Of a DNA stretch of 44,875 nucleotides, positions 35,301 through 43,642 are shown piece by piece; within the stretch, counting starts at the first letter, position 1, and each line of letters starts with the position of its first letter. The DNA comes from a virus. Taxonomy: Duplodnaviria > Caudoviricetes. Where the stretch lies: IMG/VR virus record IMGVR_UViG_3300032280_000411, positions 1 to 44,875 of that record. One strand, written 5' to 3'. The notes beneath the pieces are model-generated. The model was not told where the DNA came from. It saw only the letters and a list, made by a program, of their open reading frames with translations, and made no database searches. The position numbers and the translations under genes are program-made.

Positions 35301-35968
35301 TCCTCTTGACTTGCTTGGTTTGCTAATCCAAGACCTAGACCATATGTACCAGCGGCAACAACGGATTTACCAAACGGATTGTTTACATAAGGAACAGCTT
35401 TGCCGAGAACATTTGCTCCAGACTTTAAGCCCTTAGCAGCGACACCACCAGCATAATTTAACGGGTCTGTAGCGGCATCATATATAAAACCTGAAGCTGT
35501 CCTAGCGATTTTCTTTCCTATGTCTGAACCGGCTTGCTTAGTCTTGTCAGCATCCATTCCAAACAAAGACTCTACAAAATCATTGCCAACATCTCGCCAG
35601 CTCTTATCGTCAGACTCGTCGTAGCCAGCGTTCTTTAAAAAGCTTTCAAAGTTATACTTGCCATCAACAGCTTCGGACTGATCTCCGAACAGCTTGTACT
35701 GCATATTTTTTTGTAGGTAGTTTCTTGGTGCGTCTAGCAATTCAAACGCTTGCTGGTAGTAAGGAAGATTAGGTTTAGGCTCATCACCTGATGGCTCAAC
35801 AACATCTGATTCACCACCGTCCTGGTCTTCAAGAGAGAAAGCTGTTTCAGAGTATTCGTTCTCGAAAGGTTTGCTTCCTTCTTGGTCTTCTAAACCAAAA
35901 GGATTAGACCTTTTATTGTTTCGGGTACCTTGGTCTTCAAGATCAAACGGTGTTTTCAAGCCCATCAT
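32342..35968 (-). CDS. Large internal virion / DNA-ejection protein (about 1208 aa)
   Basis: Position after three other ejection-like genes; YDAATDPLNY, FYDYG..EQEVARRYLPFYSF motifs; start set at ATG 35968, coupled to the upstream stop. Confidence 0.7.
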   Translation of the reverse strand: MMGLKTPFDLEDQGTRNNKRSNPFGLEDQEGSKPFENEYSETAFSLEDQDGGESDVVEPSGDEPKPNLPYYQQAFELLDAPRNYLQKNMQYKLFGDQSEAVDGKYNFESFLKNAGYDESDDKSWRDVGNDFVESLFGMDADKTKQAGSDIGKKIARTASGFIYDAATDPLNYAGGVAAKGLKSGANVLGKAVPYVNNPFGKSVVAAGTYGLGLGLANQASQEEGSETPYIGPLEGAAVSAMIPFAKFGAGKMLQYGDDALGSMLKNVDGFYNGKRIDLSQYPKLKDAVESRQKEIDYIALEYKQNKLKALQNLDDKSAVKVNEWIMNAKKVENTFTDEAYFGQAMGLFGENNVKKAYKETFKKMDADLQGVRASVLEEYGVTSPNELPVEGLHEYNQIKPDVTDVKRKTADFLYESQDSSNRLKQYAWNNARNTAQKRFLEGDYKEISKALSAEELKAVEAWKKVDEAWKAQYNKAQSLDEVFTPNINMQFADRVNPPRGMKDPATEIEVSFTPDALKKMEGQNKFKFVSPDGKFNASVAADGRRATPAGVSKKELADQGGVPVAEGSSVFVHPDDVSKIQKAPMVGFGFHQADLYDKRAFEASKKIFNKGDAKTGFKRGVKAGESDAVQRLIDEGVPPREAYERVTSIYADQASKNFLTEVEKEARAIVTQGRDASSNIGLGKINQISDALTSSWKKKVLYLNAGWAKINYWDGVMKTFIERGWGAAFKSARLGGMSTKMAKEIDSVFSGNPSKILDDQAMELIKYDVLGGGVYQELADLTTTEAKLRYRPDSKVIAGDGSVPGKIAAAIRSTTDAALNVPGIKQFQNTTKTLGQQFEWNARAVTYKNIVDMLESKAAKQGRDITPEIADSIRKDAASAVKEIFYDYGKLRAIEQEVARRYLPFYSFASKNLDYWSGKMIDPETAGRINQVVRGVESTGSSSTRDEDYGQAISSQNNYMQKGLPRKLKGDEEPIVYASAPKLSMFDALNWMTNPGEGLKQSFSPFAKGLVDMFVTKRDTFSGQPMNPDDNPFGGKNWLGQKGYAGLLLNKMGGSDFTTTPRYTLFDAPDVKVSRLAKDGLNLMLGTTGVKANPKTGSPETDSQATMYNHKIRDMLPIVPSLGGFGSAVNVLNAPITDMLTQMIYQSTVDDDGKTKPIDWGVKLLSPFDLIKKDEEQMMKKQKKVEGKGKDEVKKSRKDQKDREKSED

Positions 35969-37305
35969 CAATCGCCTTTGTTGCCTGTGAACTCTTTGTG
36001 AAGCTGATCTAGCTCTTGGTCTACCCACTCACCGTTATGATAGCCCATTGATATTTCATTTAGCACCTTTAGCCTAAGCTGCATAAGCTCATCTATATCT
36101 GCTTTTCTCACATCGTATCCACGAGATGAAATAATATAGTCTGCAAATCTCTGCACAGCTCCAAGAGCCTTGCTATTCTTAGATGACCACTCTTTTCTAT
36201 CTGCTGGAAGCGGCTGACCTTTTGGAGTAAACTTTGGAGCAACAACACCAGCCAATGTTTGGTCAAGCTCTTCATAATAATCACGTTTAGCTTTACCGCC
36301 CTGCCTTCCAAGGTGGGAATTAATACGAGCCGCAAGCTCATCGCTTCTCTGCTGATTGTCTCTTATCTGCTGTTCTCGCTGTGTTCTTGTTCTTAAAAGA
36401 CCAAGTTGAAGATCAGTTGTGTTGTTAGACAATGTGTTCTCGCCTGATTGCATCGCAGTGTTTATCACCCTAGAAAGAGCGTTAATGTCCTTTCCAGCAC
36501 CCTGAAATATTCTTGAACCAGCATCAAGAATGTTTTGTCTGGGCAGAATAAATAGCTTGTAGTAAGCATCTAGCTGCTGTTCTTTCTGTTTCAACTCAGC
36601 GTCATCACGTTCTTTTATTGCAGCCTGTCTTAATGCCATCATGTCCTGTAGAATCTCATCATTGCTTTTTGGAGCCTTATAGCTCGCAGCAAGCTTTGAC
36701 TTTCCACCAGTCCAAAAATCAACCAACGCCATCGCCGGTCCCAAATCCATACGATTTAGATTCAATGCCTTATCTTTTATTTTATTTGTAAACTCGTCTG
36801 CAATAGAGATATTTTCTCTCTCCGGCAGCTTATCAGATATGTTAGCAAGAGGAGAAGGACCACGCTTCTCAACAGCCTTAACAAGATTATCTATTGCAGG
36901 TATAGACAAAAAGTCCGTAATCCCCTCTTCTGGGGTCGCTTGTACAGGCGGCAAAAACTGGGTATTTGTTGGGTCTTTTGCATCTACTTCGCTTGTTTTA
37001 GGAAGAGCAGCTAAAGGTACATTTTTTGATTGTCCAGATTTTTTTGTTTTTACCGAGACACTTGTGCTGAGGCTATCTCGACCTGCGTTATCATCATTTT
37101 TCTTCATGTTCTTGTAAGGCTGACTAATGGGTGGCTTTACTTGAGGCTTTGGCATTAAGTCATCAGAAAATAATTTAGCATCAGCTGGAAACAACGATTT
37201 TTTTTCATAGCCAAGGTAGTCGGCGATACGATCAAGAATCGACAAACTAGGTTCTTCAACTTTTTTAATGGTGCTTTGAAATGATGGTGGTCTAACGTCA
37301 GCCAT
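35968..37305 (-). CDS. Internal virion / ejection protein
   Basis: GAGG RBS; helical and Q/K-rich; position in the ejectosome block. Confidence 0.65.
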   Translation of the reverse strand: MADVRPPSFQSTIKKVEEPSLSILDRIADYLGYEKKSLFPADAKLFSDDLMPKPQVKPPISQPYKNMKKNDDNAGRDSLSTSVSVKTKKSGQSKNVPLAALPKTSEVDAKDPTNTQFLPPVQATPEEGITDFLSIPAIDNLVKAVEKRGPSPLANISDKLPERENISIADEFTNKIKDKALNLNRMDLGPAMALVDFWTGGKSKLAASYKAPKSNDEILQDMMALRQAAIKERDDAELKQKEQQLDAYYKLFILPRQNILDAGSRIFQGAGKDINALSRVINTAMQSGENTLSNNTTDLQLGLLRTRTQREQQIRDNQQRSDELAARINSHLGRQGGKAKRDYYEELDQTLAGVVAPKFTPKGQPLPADRKEWSSKNSKALGAVQRFADYIISSRGYDVRKADIDELMQLRLKVLNEISMGYHNGEWVDQELDQLHKEFTGNKGD

Positions 37306-37317
37306 ATAAACCTCGGT

Positions 37318-37788
37318 CTACGGTTGTCTAGGAAGCATGAATGGATACCTAGCATCATCGGCGTATGGTAGCCCTCCGTTTCCAAACATATTTTCTTCTT
37401 CATCAAATAGACTATAGGAACCTTTTCCACGGTCAGTCTGATCAAGTAACCTATAGCTAGGCTGATTAGATTCACCATCGCCTAATAGGTTGTATTTTTG
37501 GTGTCGGCTGTAAAAATTTCCTTCTGGTTCAACTTCTTCTGTTAATTTTGTTCCTGAATTTTTATCCATCTGCTGACCAATTGCAGCGCCAGACACCACT
37601 CCAGCTCCAATATTAGCAACATCACCAGTAGGAGGGGCTAAGTTACTACCCCACTGCCCAGTCCACGGAGCATATCGTGTCTTCTCAGCTTCAGCTTTTT
37701 GCTGATCAGCCCACATGTTTTTTTCTTCGTTTGACCTTAATGCCCCAAGACCTGCGCCTACGAGCATTGCTATCGTCATCGGCTCCAT
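37318..37788 (-). CDS. Ejection protein (P22 gp7/T7 gp14-like)
   Basis: GGAG RBS; MEPMTIAMLVGAGLGAL hydrophobic Gly-rich N-terminus. Confidence 0.7.
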   Translation of the reverse strand: MEPMTIAMLVGAGLGALRSNEEKNMWADQQKAEAEKTRYAPWTGQWGSNLAPPTGDVANIGAGVVSGAAIGQQMDKNSGTKLTEEVEPEGNFYSRHQKYNLLGDGESNQPSYRLLDQTDRGKGSYSLFDEEENMFGNGGLPYADDARYPFMLPRQP

Positions 37789-37799
37789 CGTTTATCTCC

Positions 37800-38954
37800 T
37801 TATCCCCAACCAGTCCCTAAAATACCGCCTCTGTTTCCAAGCAATCCTCTTTTAGATTGCTGTTCTGCATAATAATTTTGAGAGTTTGCTGCCAGCTCCC
37901 CAGCTTTAGCAGCATTGCTAGTCTTCCACTTGTCCATATCAAAGGCATCACTAGCAGAACGATCGGCAATCTGGTTCTGGATGTTAAACTGATTAGCTCT
38001 CATTGTGTTATCAACATTGTCTCGACTTGCTATCATTGATCTGTCGTCTTCCATGCGCCCCTGGTTCTGGAAAGCATTAACCTTATCCATGCCAAGCCCA
38101 GCGTTAAACTGATCGGCAGCCATCTGGTTTCTTCCGTAGTCCATGAACATACCAGGCATACGAGTCTGTAGGTCATACTGATTAGCAAGGTCAGTGATAC
38201 CAACTTGGCTTTTGTTTTGACCTGCATTGTTAAAAATGCTCGATGCTCCAGACATCCTAGCTTTCATGGCATCACTAGCCATTCTTGCACGAGCACCGCT
38301 GTCCATACCTCCACTAGCAGCAAGGTTAGACATACCACCAGCTAATCCACCAGCAGCATTTTGATTTAGGGCGTCCATCGATCCCCTCATCTGTTGGTCA
38401 ATGAGACCCATGCGAGCTTGTGCTTGACTACTTAAATCATTTGACAGTGACCTTGCACTTAGTCCTGCTAGTGCAACACCAGCACCTACGTTCCCTACGT
38501 TTGCAAAGTTGACACCATTCACACCATCTAGCCTTCTATCAAGCTCACCAATGCGGCTACCAGGTGTTTGAACTTGACCAGCCTCAAGTTTAAATCCATC
38601 GTTTAATTTTCCTTCTTTGTTGGTAATCTCACGACGTGTATCTGGACGACCAACTTCCCACCAGTTTTTTTCTGGTTGTGGTGGACCTTGATCACCTGCA
38701 CCATTCTTATTTCCATATTGTCCAACAGCGGTTAGTCCACCAGCAATACCAGCTCCAATAGGGCCACCTACGGCAAAGCCAAGGCCAGTCGCACCAGCAA
38801 CCCGTAGACCAGGAACCACATCCTTGTTAAATCCCTTGCGGTTTATATCGAGGCTTTTGTTGAAACCGTCTGTCGAACCTGATACGGCTCGACCAGCATC
38901 ACTCTTTTTCCAGCTGTTGCTTATGTTGCCGCCTGCTTTTTTAAACCAACTCAT
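37800..38954 (-). CDS. Ejection / DNA transfer (pilot) protein
   Basis: Gly/Ala/Asn/Gln/Met-rich with a glycine-zipper GLGFAVGGPIGAGIAGG segment. Confidence 0.7.
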   Translation of the reverse strand: MSWFKKAGGNISNSWKKSDAGRAVSGSTDGFNKSLDINRKGFNKDVVPGLRVAGATGLGFAVGGPIGAGIAGGLTAVGQYGNKNGAGDQGPPQPEKNWWEVGRPDTRREITNKEGKLNDGFKLEAGQVQTPGSRIGELDRRLDGVNGVNFANVGNVGAGVALAGLSARSLSNDLSSQAQARMGLIDQQMRGSMDALNQNAAGGLAGGMSNLAASGGMDSGARARMASDAMKARMSGASSIFNNAGQNKSQVGITDLANQYDLQTRMPGMFMDYGRNQMAADQFNAGLGMDKVNAFQNQGRMEDDRSMIASRDNVDNTMRANQFNIQNQIADRSASDAFDMDKWKTSNAAKAGELAANSQNYYAEQQSKRGLLGNRGGILGTGWG

Positions 38955-38962
38955 CAGTCACC

Positions 38963-39634
38963 TCAATTCAAGTCACTGTAAAAGCTCATGTCAGGTGCGA
39001 TATCGTTATCATCGTCTACCGTCATGGAGCTTAGTGTAGTTTGTAGATATGTTCTCTGCGCTTCGAGATCACTTAAAGCTAGTTGAACGAGAGGATTGAC
39101 TTCCTTCGTGTACACTCTGACTTTGACATAAGCGAAAATAAAGTTCATTGCTTCTGGTAAGTCGATAATGCTTGAGTCATCAGCAACCCTGTTGGCGTTC
39201 CTAATGTACTGCATAAACATATATGGACCACTGTGAGTAACCGATGGAGACAGCTTAATGGTCACGCCTTCATCTGGGTCTCTGTGTTGAATCTGAAATG
39301 AGTACTCGCTATGTGGTATGTCAGCAAAAGGAAGTATGCTGGCTCTGGTTCTCTTTATCTGATAGCGAAGCTTATTGTCATTAAACCAAAGATACCTGAT
39401 CTTGTTAGCGTAGATATCATCCGGCATAGTGTATCTATCTTGACCGGCGACTAGCGTGTAGTCTTTCTCGGCAAGCAGGTAGTCTTCATATAGACCAAGC
39501 ACCATTTGCTCAGCCTCATCAATAGCGTCATTAAAGATACCCATCAGCTCATCAGGTGTAATAAACTTCTCTTCCTGAAGGTCCAAGTCTTGGCTGATTT
39601 TATTTGACGCTTCCCCATAGGTCCAAAGCTTCAT
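38963..39634 (-). CDS. Head-tail adaptor / tail tubular protein A-like
   Basis: 223 aa; ELMGIFNDAIDE...YTLVAGQDRYTMPDD pattern typical of podovirus adaptors. Confidence 0.7.
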   Translation of the reverse strand: MKLWTYGEASNKISQDLDLQEEKFITPDELMGIFNDAIDEAEQMVLGLYEDYLLAEKDYTLVAGQDRYTMPDDIYANKIRYLWFNDNKLRYQIKRTRASILPFADIPHSEYSFQIQHRDPDEGVTIKLSPSVTHSGPYMFMQYIRNANRVADDSSIIDLPEAMNFIFAYVKVRVYTKEVNPLVQLALSDLEAQRTYLQTTLSSMTVDDDNDIAPDMSFYSDLN

Positions 39635-39978
39635 GCAGACCTCCCTACAAACATGACCAATTCCACGTCACAAGGAAAGCTGACAATCACTTTAAGCGTC
39701 TTGTCATTGGTGTCTTGGTGATCAACCACTGGAGAGAACGTCAGGCCGACGTAATCCTCTGACACTATCCCCATCGAAAAAGCCATGTTAGGTGTGTAAC
39801 CGAGGCCATGATAAAGAACCACAGGCTCGCTTGATGTTGTTGTTTTGACTTTAAACTTTATGATCTTACCGTCTAATGTGGAAAACGGGTTTTGTTCTGT
39901 CTGGTCCATGAGCTTATTAAAAGCAAGGGCTGTTGCCTGATCCTCGATAGCAGACGTGTCAAGGTTTAGTCTAGGCAT
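39631..39978 (-). CDS. Small tail-associated protein
   Basis: GAGGG RBS before ATG 39978; V.HGLGYTP motif. Confidence 0.65.
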   Translation of the reverse strand: MPRLNLDTSAIEDQATALAFNKLMDQTEQNPFSTLDGKIIKFKVKTTTSSEPVVLYHGLGYTPNMAFSMGIVSEDYVGLTFSPVVDHQDTNDKTLKVIVSFPCDVELVMFVGRSA

Positions 39979-42256
39979 TACCACCCTCATCGCCCTTAGC
40001 AAAGCCTGGGTGACTTTCACCAAACATCTCGTACTGCAATGTTGCTGCGTTTAGCATGAACTTCTCAGCCTTGCGGTAGCCTACGATTTCCCACTCAAAC
40101 GAACCTGTTTGAAGTATCCCAAGAACGTCATCAACGATAAGAGTGTCTTCAGTCGCCGACCTGATTGGAAACTCAGCTGTGTAATTGTCTCCACTAAACT
40201 TTATGGAGTAGCCAACTAATTCGTTAGGCCAAGAGTCAACAGGGTGATTAGACAGCAATACCGTCTTGTTATCGCTATTAATAATAGCAGGCGCATAATC
40301 GTCACTACGAATGATAACGGTTTTTGCATTTGTGAATTTAACCTGCTTGTGGGTGCACCTTAGCGTACCGGCTGGGAACTTTCTTTTAGCGATAATGTTA
40401 CCGCTGTCATTCCATATAAACTCTTCTGATCCCCATACAAAGTCACTTTGTCCCCAGCTTAAGTTGCCCCTATAGCGGACTTCTCTCATTTGCCTAAAGT
40501 CACCACTGGCATCATTACATCCGTATGGAGTGACACTGATATTTGTTTCATTCTTAAAAACGGATATCATTTGAGATACCCACTTCCTATTAACGTCTGT
40601 GCCAAAATTGACAGCTGCACTTGTCCAATCAAACATGACGGCTCGATCTGACCACGTGACAGCATCAGCCGATTCATCCTCATATGGGTCAGTGTAGGCA
40701 TCAGTAGAGTGTATGTAGGTGTACCCTTGTGCACTAGTCCTGTACCAGATATCTCGGTAAAAAAGCAGAGACGAACAAGTCCAGTTATCCCCACCTGATA
40801 TGGTCGTAAAGGTCATGGTGTCGCTTTGTCCCCAGTAAGGGTCAAGCACCAGCACTTGGTCACACTCATTGCCATAACGTCCACTTGATACTGTCCAGTA
40901 GACACGTCCACTGATCTCGTCAAAAGCTCCATGCAGGTTCTCTTTGACAGCTTGGCTTCTGACATATGTGGGATAGGTCTGATCTAAGTGTCGGCTTATC
41001 TTTCTAACCGACTGACCATCCGTAATATAAAAGCCGTCTTGACCAGCATAATATACACCGTCGGGAGTTCTCACTATGGAGTTATGACCAACACAACCAC
41101 TAGCAGCTCCAAGCTCCCTAGCCCTGATATAGCCTGAACCGTCGGCGTTAAAGTTACCCTCAAGCCGATAGATACGGTCAGCTGTAAAGACTATGGGATA
41201 CGAGGCAAACCTTGATATCCCTACAATCTCGCCTTCAACATCGACAAAATGTGAAGGGTGACAGCTGTATGGTGTAGACGGTATCGACTGCTGGACTCTG
41301 AACTTCTTAGGCTGATCCGTGTATGGGTCAACTATATTGGCGTACCAAGCGATACCATTGACGATCGTAACGAACTTAGCTTGGGGAACCTCATAGTGAT
41401 CATTCACCCCGCCAAGCGTATATACAGTCTCACCATTCTCGATATCTGTATCAGCGGCAAAGTCCTCGTATGTCTCAAGTAGACAGTCGATATCAGCTAC
41501 ATGGTATCCGACTTGACCATTAGCCAAAGTCCTAAAGATACGAAGCTGTACATTCTCGATATCGTAGTTGTCAGTGATACTATCTGTAGGGAAAGCATCA
41601 AAATATAGGTTTATTGATGCAGTACCATCCATTACTACCGACTCAGTTTGCAGCAAAGTAGTTGGTCCACGCATCTCAAACTGAACGTCACCAGCCGTGT
41701 ACCTGTAAACGTAGTGAATAAAATATGTATACAAATTACCGACACCACCCGCTGATACTTGTGTGTTGTTTAAGCCAGGCAGTCCACAGTTCACACCCAT
41801 TGGCAATGAGCTGTCTTCGGGGAAATAAGCTAATGTAGGCTTTGCATAGATCCCGCTTGAATCAGCCACACAAGCAATGATATGGTCGTTCCATTCATCA
41901 TAGTTAATCTGACTTGTAGGGCCACCATTCGTAAAAAACGGGCGGGAGGACGGGCCTCTTATTTCTTCATGACCAGACGGACCTACGCCTGTCATAGCAA
42001 ACATCCGACGACCTTGAACCTTGAAATATTTAAACGTACCGTCGCGCTTCTTTAAGCCTATGAGCCTATTAATCCTTGTGTTACCAAGCTGTGTCATTGG
42101 AAAAGCAGAGGACTCAATCACTGAGCCATGTCTTAAAAATAGCTTAGCGTTTCTATCAATTAAAAGATTGTCACAACGCTGGGAAGACTTTGGATCAGCA
42201 TTAAGAAAGTTGTCAGTTACGCCACCTGACCAATCATCAATTCTAAAATCTGGCAT
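39971..42256 (-). CDS. Tail nozzle / tubular protein B-like (P22 gp10-like)
   Basis: 761 aa, beta-propeller-like; DWSGGV..., SGCVGHNSIV...GVYYAGQDGFY..DG..VRKIS; start coupled by TAATG overlap. Confidence 0.78.
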   Translation of the reverse strand: MPDFRIDDWSGGVTDNFLNADPKSSQRCDNLLIDRNAKLFLRHGSVIESSAFPMTQLGNTRINRLIGLKKRDGTFKYFKVQGRRMFAMTGVGPSGHEEIRGPSSRPFFTNGGPTSQINYDEWNDHIIACVADSSGIYAKPTLAYFPEDSSLPMGVNCGLPGLNNTQVSAGGVGNLYTYFIHYVYRYTAGDVQFEMRGPTTLLQTESVVMDGTASINLYFDAFPTDSITDNYDIENVQLRIFRTLANGQVGYHVADIDCLLETYEDFAADTDIENGETVYTLGGVNDHYEVPQAKFVTIVNGIAWYANIVDPYTDQPKKFRVQQSIPSTPYSCHPSHFVDVEGEIVGISRFASYPIVFTADRIYRLEGNFNADGSGYIRARELGAASGCVGHNSIVRTPDGVYYAGQDGFYITDGQSVRKISRHLDQTYPTYVRSQAVKENLHGAFDEISGRVYWTVSSGRYGNECDQVLVLDPYWGQSDTMTFTTISGGDNWTCSSLLFYRDIWYRTSAQGYTYIHSTDAYTDPYEDESADAVTWSDRAVMFDWTSAAVNFGTDVNRKWVSQMISVFKNETNISVTPYGCNDASGDFRQMREVRYRGNLSWGQSDFVWGSEEFIWNDSGNIIAKRKFPAGTLRCTHKQVKFTNAKTVIIRSDDYAPAIINSDNKTVLLSNHPVDSWPNELVGYSIKFSGDNYTAEFPIRSATEDTLIVDDVLGILQTGSFEWEIVGYRKAEKFMLNAATLQYEMFGESHPGFAKGDEGGNA

Positions 42257-42645
42257 TAGACACAGACCATTGACAAGGGTTGAGCTACAGGCATCCAAAC
42301 AATAAGGTTAAAAGGGTCTCCATTGCGAAGCCAGGTTGGAGTAACAGCCATTCCACCGTAGTCTCCACCGACGCAAAAAAAGTAAGGCTTACATGTATCA
42401 AGGCTATAACCACTAGGCATCGCAACCACAGCGTAATACCACCCCGAATCAGGGTCTTGTGTATAGTCAACTTGTGCTATGGAGCGAGTACCTTTATTGA
42501 GGTTAAACGATTTGATCTTTGGAGAGTTTACATCGTTATGCTCGTGCGCATCATCAAGATCGATGTTCGTACTTAACGCCGAAAATACGAGTGACCCCTT
42601 ATTGCCATTTTCGGGCTTCTTTCTTCCATATCGTAGTGTGATCAT
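42256..42645 (-). CDS. Virion-associated hypothetical protein
   Basis: Coupled to neighbours on both sides in the late operon. Confidence 0.65.
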   Translation of the reverse strand: MITLRYGRKKPENGNKGSLVFSALSTNIDLDDAHEHNDVNSPKIKSFNLNKGTRSIAQVDYTQDPDSGWYYAVVAMPSGYSLDTCKPYFFCVGGDYGGMAVTPTWLRNGDPFNLIVWMPVAQPLSMVCV

Positions 42646-43580
42646 TCAAACCCCGCTGCCCAGTAAGCAAATAGAAAATCTATACCGTCGTGAGTGTGAC
42701 CTTCATCACAACCATCCCAGTCTTTGCCTTGATCCCGCTGCCACAGGTATGCTTCACATCTATCAGCGGAAGTAGGTAAATGGTCGGAAGGAAACAGTTT
42801 TTCATCCAAAAGTATATCAGCTACCTCACCCATCTCCCCATCCCTCCATCTGTGAAAAACGGCTTGATATAGGGCATTTCGAGGGTCACGGTCATGTAGC
42901 TCGTTTAAGTCTTTCATCTGCACAGCGTCGATACCATCATTGATCTTTCCTTGAATCATGATGTCGATTACTCGCAGGTGAGCCTGGTATCCTCGGGGCA
43001 CTCTCTGAACACCTTCCATCTTTGGGGTCTGAGGCTTTTGTGTGAGCCATTCGATAATATTGTAAAGCGTCAGTGTCATCGTCGGAGTCATGTAGACACG
43101 AGCTAGATGATCAATAGTTTCGCTTGGATAACCCATGATCCAGTCATTAGCTTTGCCGTACTCCTCAAGCCTGTAGAAGTAGCCAATAGCCGTCTGCTTA
43201 TCCATACCGTAGACACCGTACAGAAAACCCATCATGAGCATGTCTTTACTGATGGACGTTTTTGACTGGCCTAGCTCGACACAGTTTTTATGTTGGTTAC
43301 GTTGCCACAGACCTGGGCCTTGCTCAGCTTCAAAGAAGTCAGCTTTTTGACACCCACCAGCCGTCTTGCATAAGGCAAGAAAACCCACGGCATCACAAGG
43401 GCTATATGTTGTAGGCCATCCGTCTTTATCTAAACCTATTGACTGAAGAGATAGGTATTTATTTTTTTTCTCAGCCAGGCGTTCTGCTTTTGTTTTTTCG
43501 ATTGGTACAGATGGAACAGGTTTATGGATAGGCTTTTGACAGGAAACACACAGGAGTATTATCAACAGATATTTATACAT
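42642..43580 (-). CDS. Lipoprotein of unknown function within the virion operon
   Basis: MYKYLLIILLCVS-C lipobox; several further Cys; start at 43580 because the longer track start lies inside a terminator hairpin. Confidence 0.75.
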   Translation of the reverse strand: MYKYLLIILLCVSCQKPIHKPVPSVPIEKTKAERLAEKKNKYLSLQSIGLDKDGWPTTYSPCDAVGFLALCKTAGGCQKADFFEAEQGPGLWQRNQHKNCVELGQSKTSISKDMLMMGFLYGVYGMDKQTAIGYFYRLEEYGKANDWIMGYPSETIDHLARVYMTPTMTLTLYNIIEWLTQKPQTPKMEGVQRVPRGYQAHLRVIDIMIQGKINDGIDAVQMKDLNELHDRDPRNALYQAVFHRWRDGEMGEVADILLDEKLFPSDHLPTSADRCEAYLWQRDQGKDWDGCDEGHTHDGIDFLFAYWAAGFE

Positions 43581-43593
43581 AGCTTCACTCGAT

Positions 43594-43626
43594 AAAAGAA
43601 ATGGCATGGGGCCGAAACCCCATGCC
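43594..43626 (-). terminator. Rho-independent terminator after the long fibre gene
   Basis: Minus strand GGCATGGGGT-TTCG-GCCCCATGCC followed by ATTTCTTTT. Confidence 0.8.
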
Positions 43627-43642
43627 TGTTGTAACCTATAAA

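Noticed and set aside
32342-35968. Virion-encapsidated RNA polymerase or lytic transglycosylase in the large protein
   Set aside because: No polymerase or SLT catalytic motifs recognised, and it is far smaller than N4-type virion RNA polymerases
35969-36028. N-terminal extension of the 1228-aa ORF, and similar track extensions at 23083, 26195, 26553, 28097, 40023, 42298 and 43607
   Set aside because: They overlap upstream genes, promoters or terminators; downstream starts have an RBS or stop-start coupling
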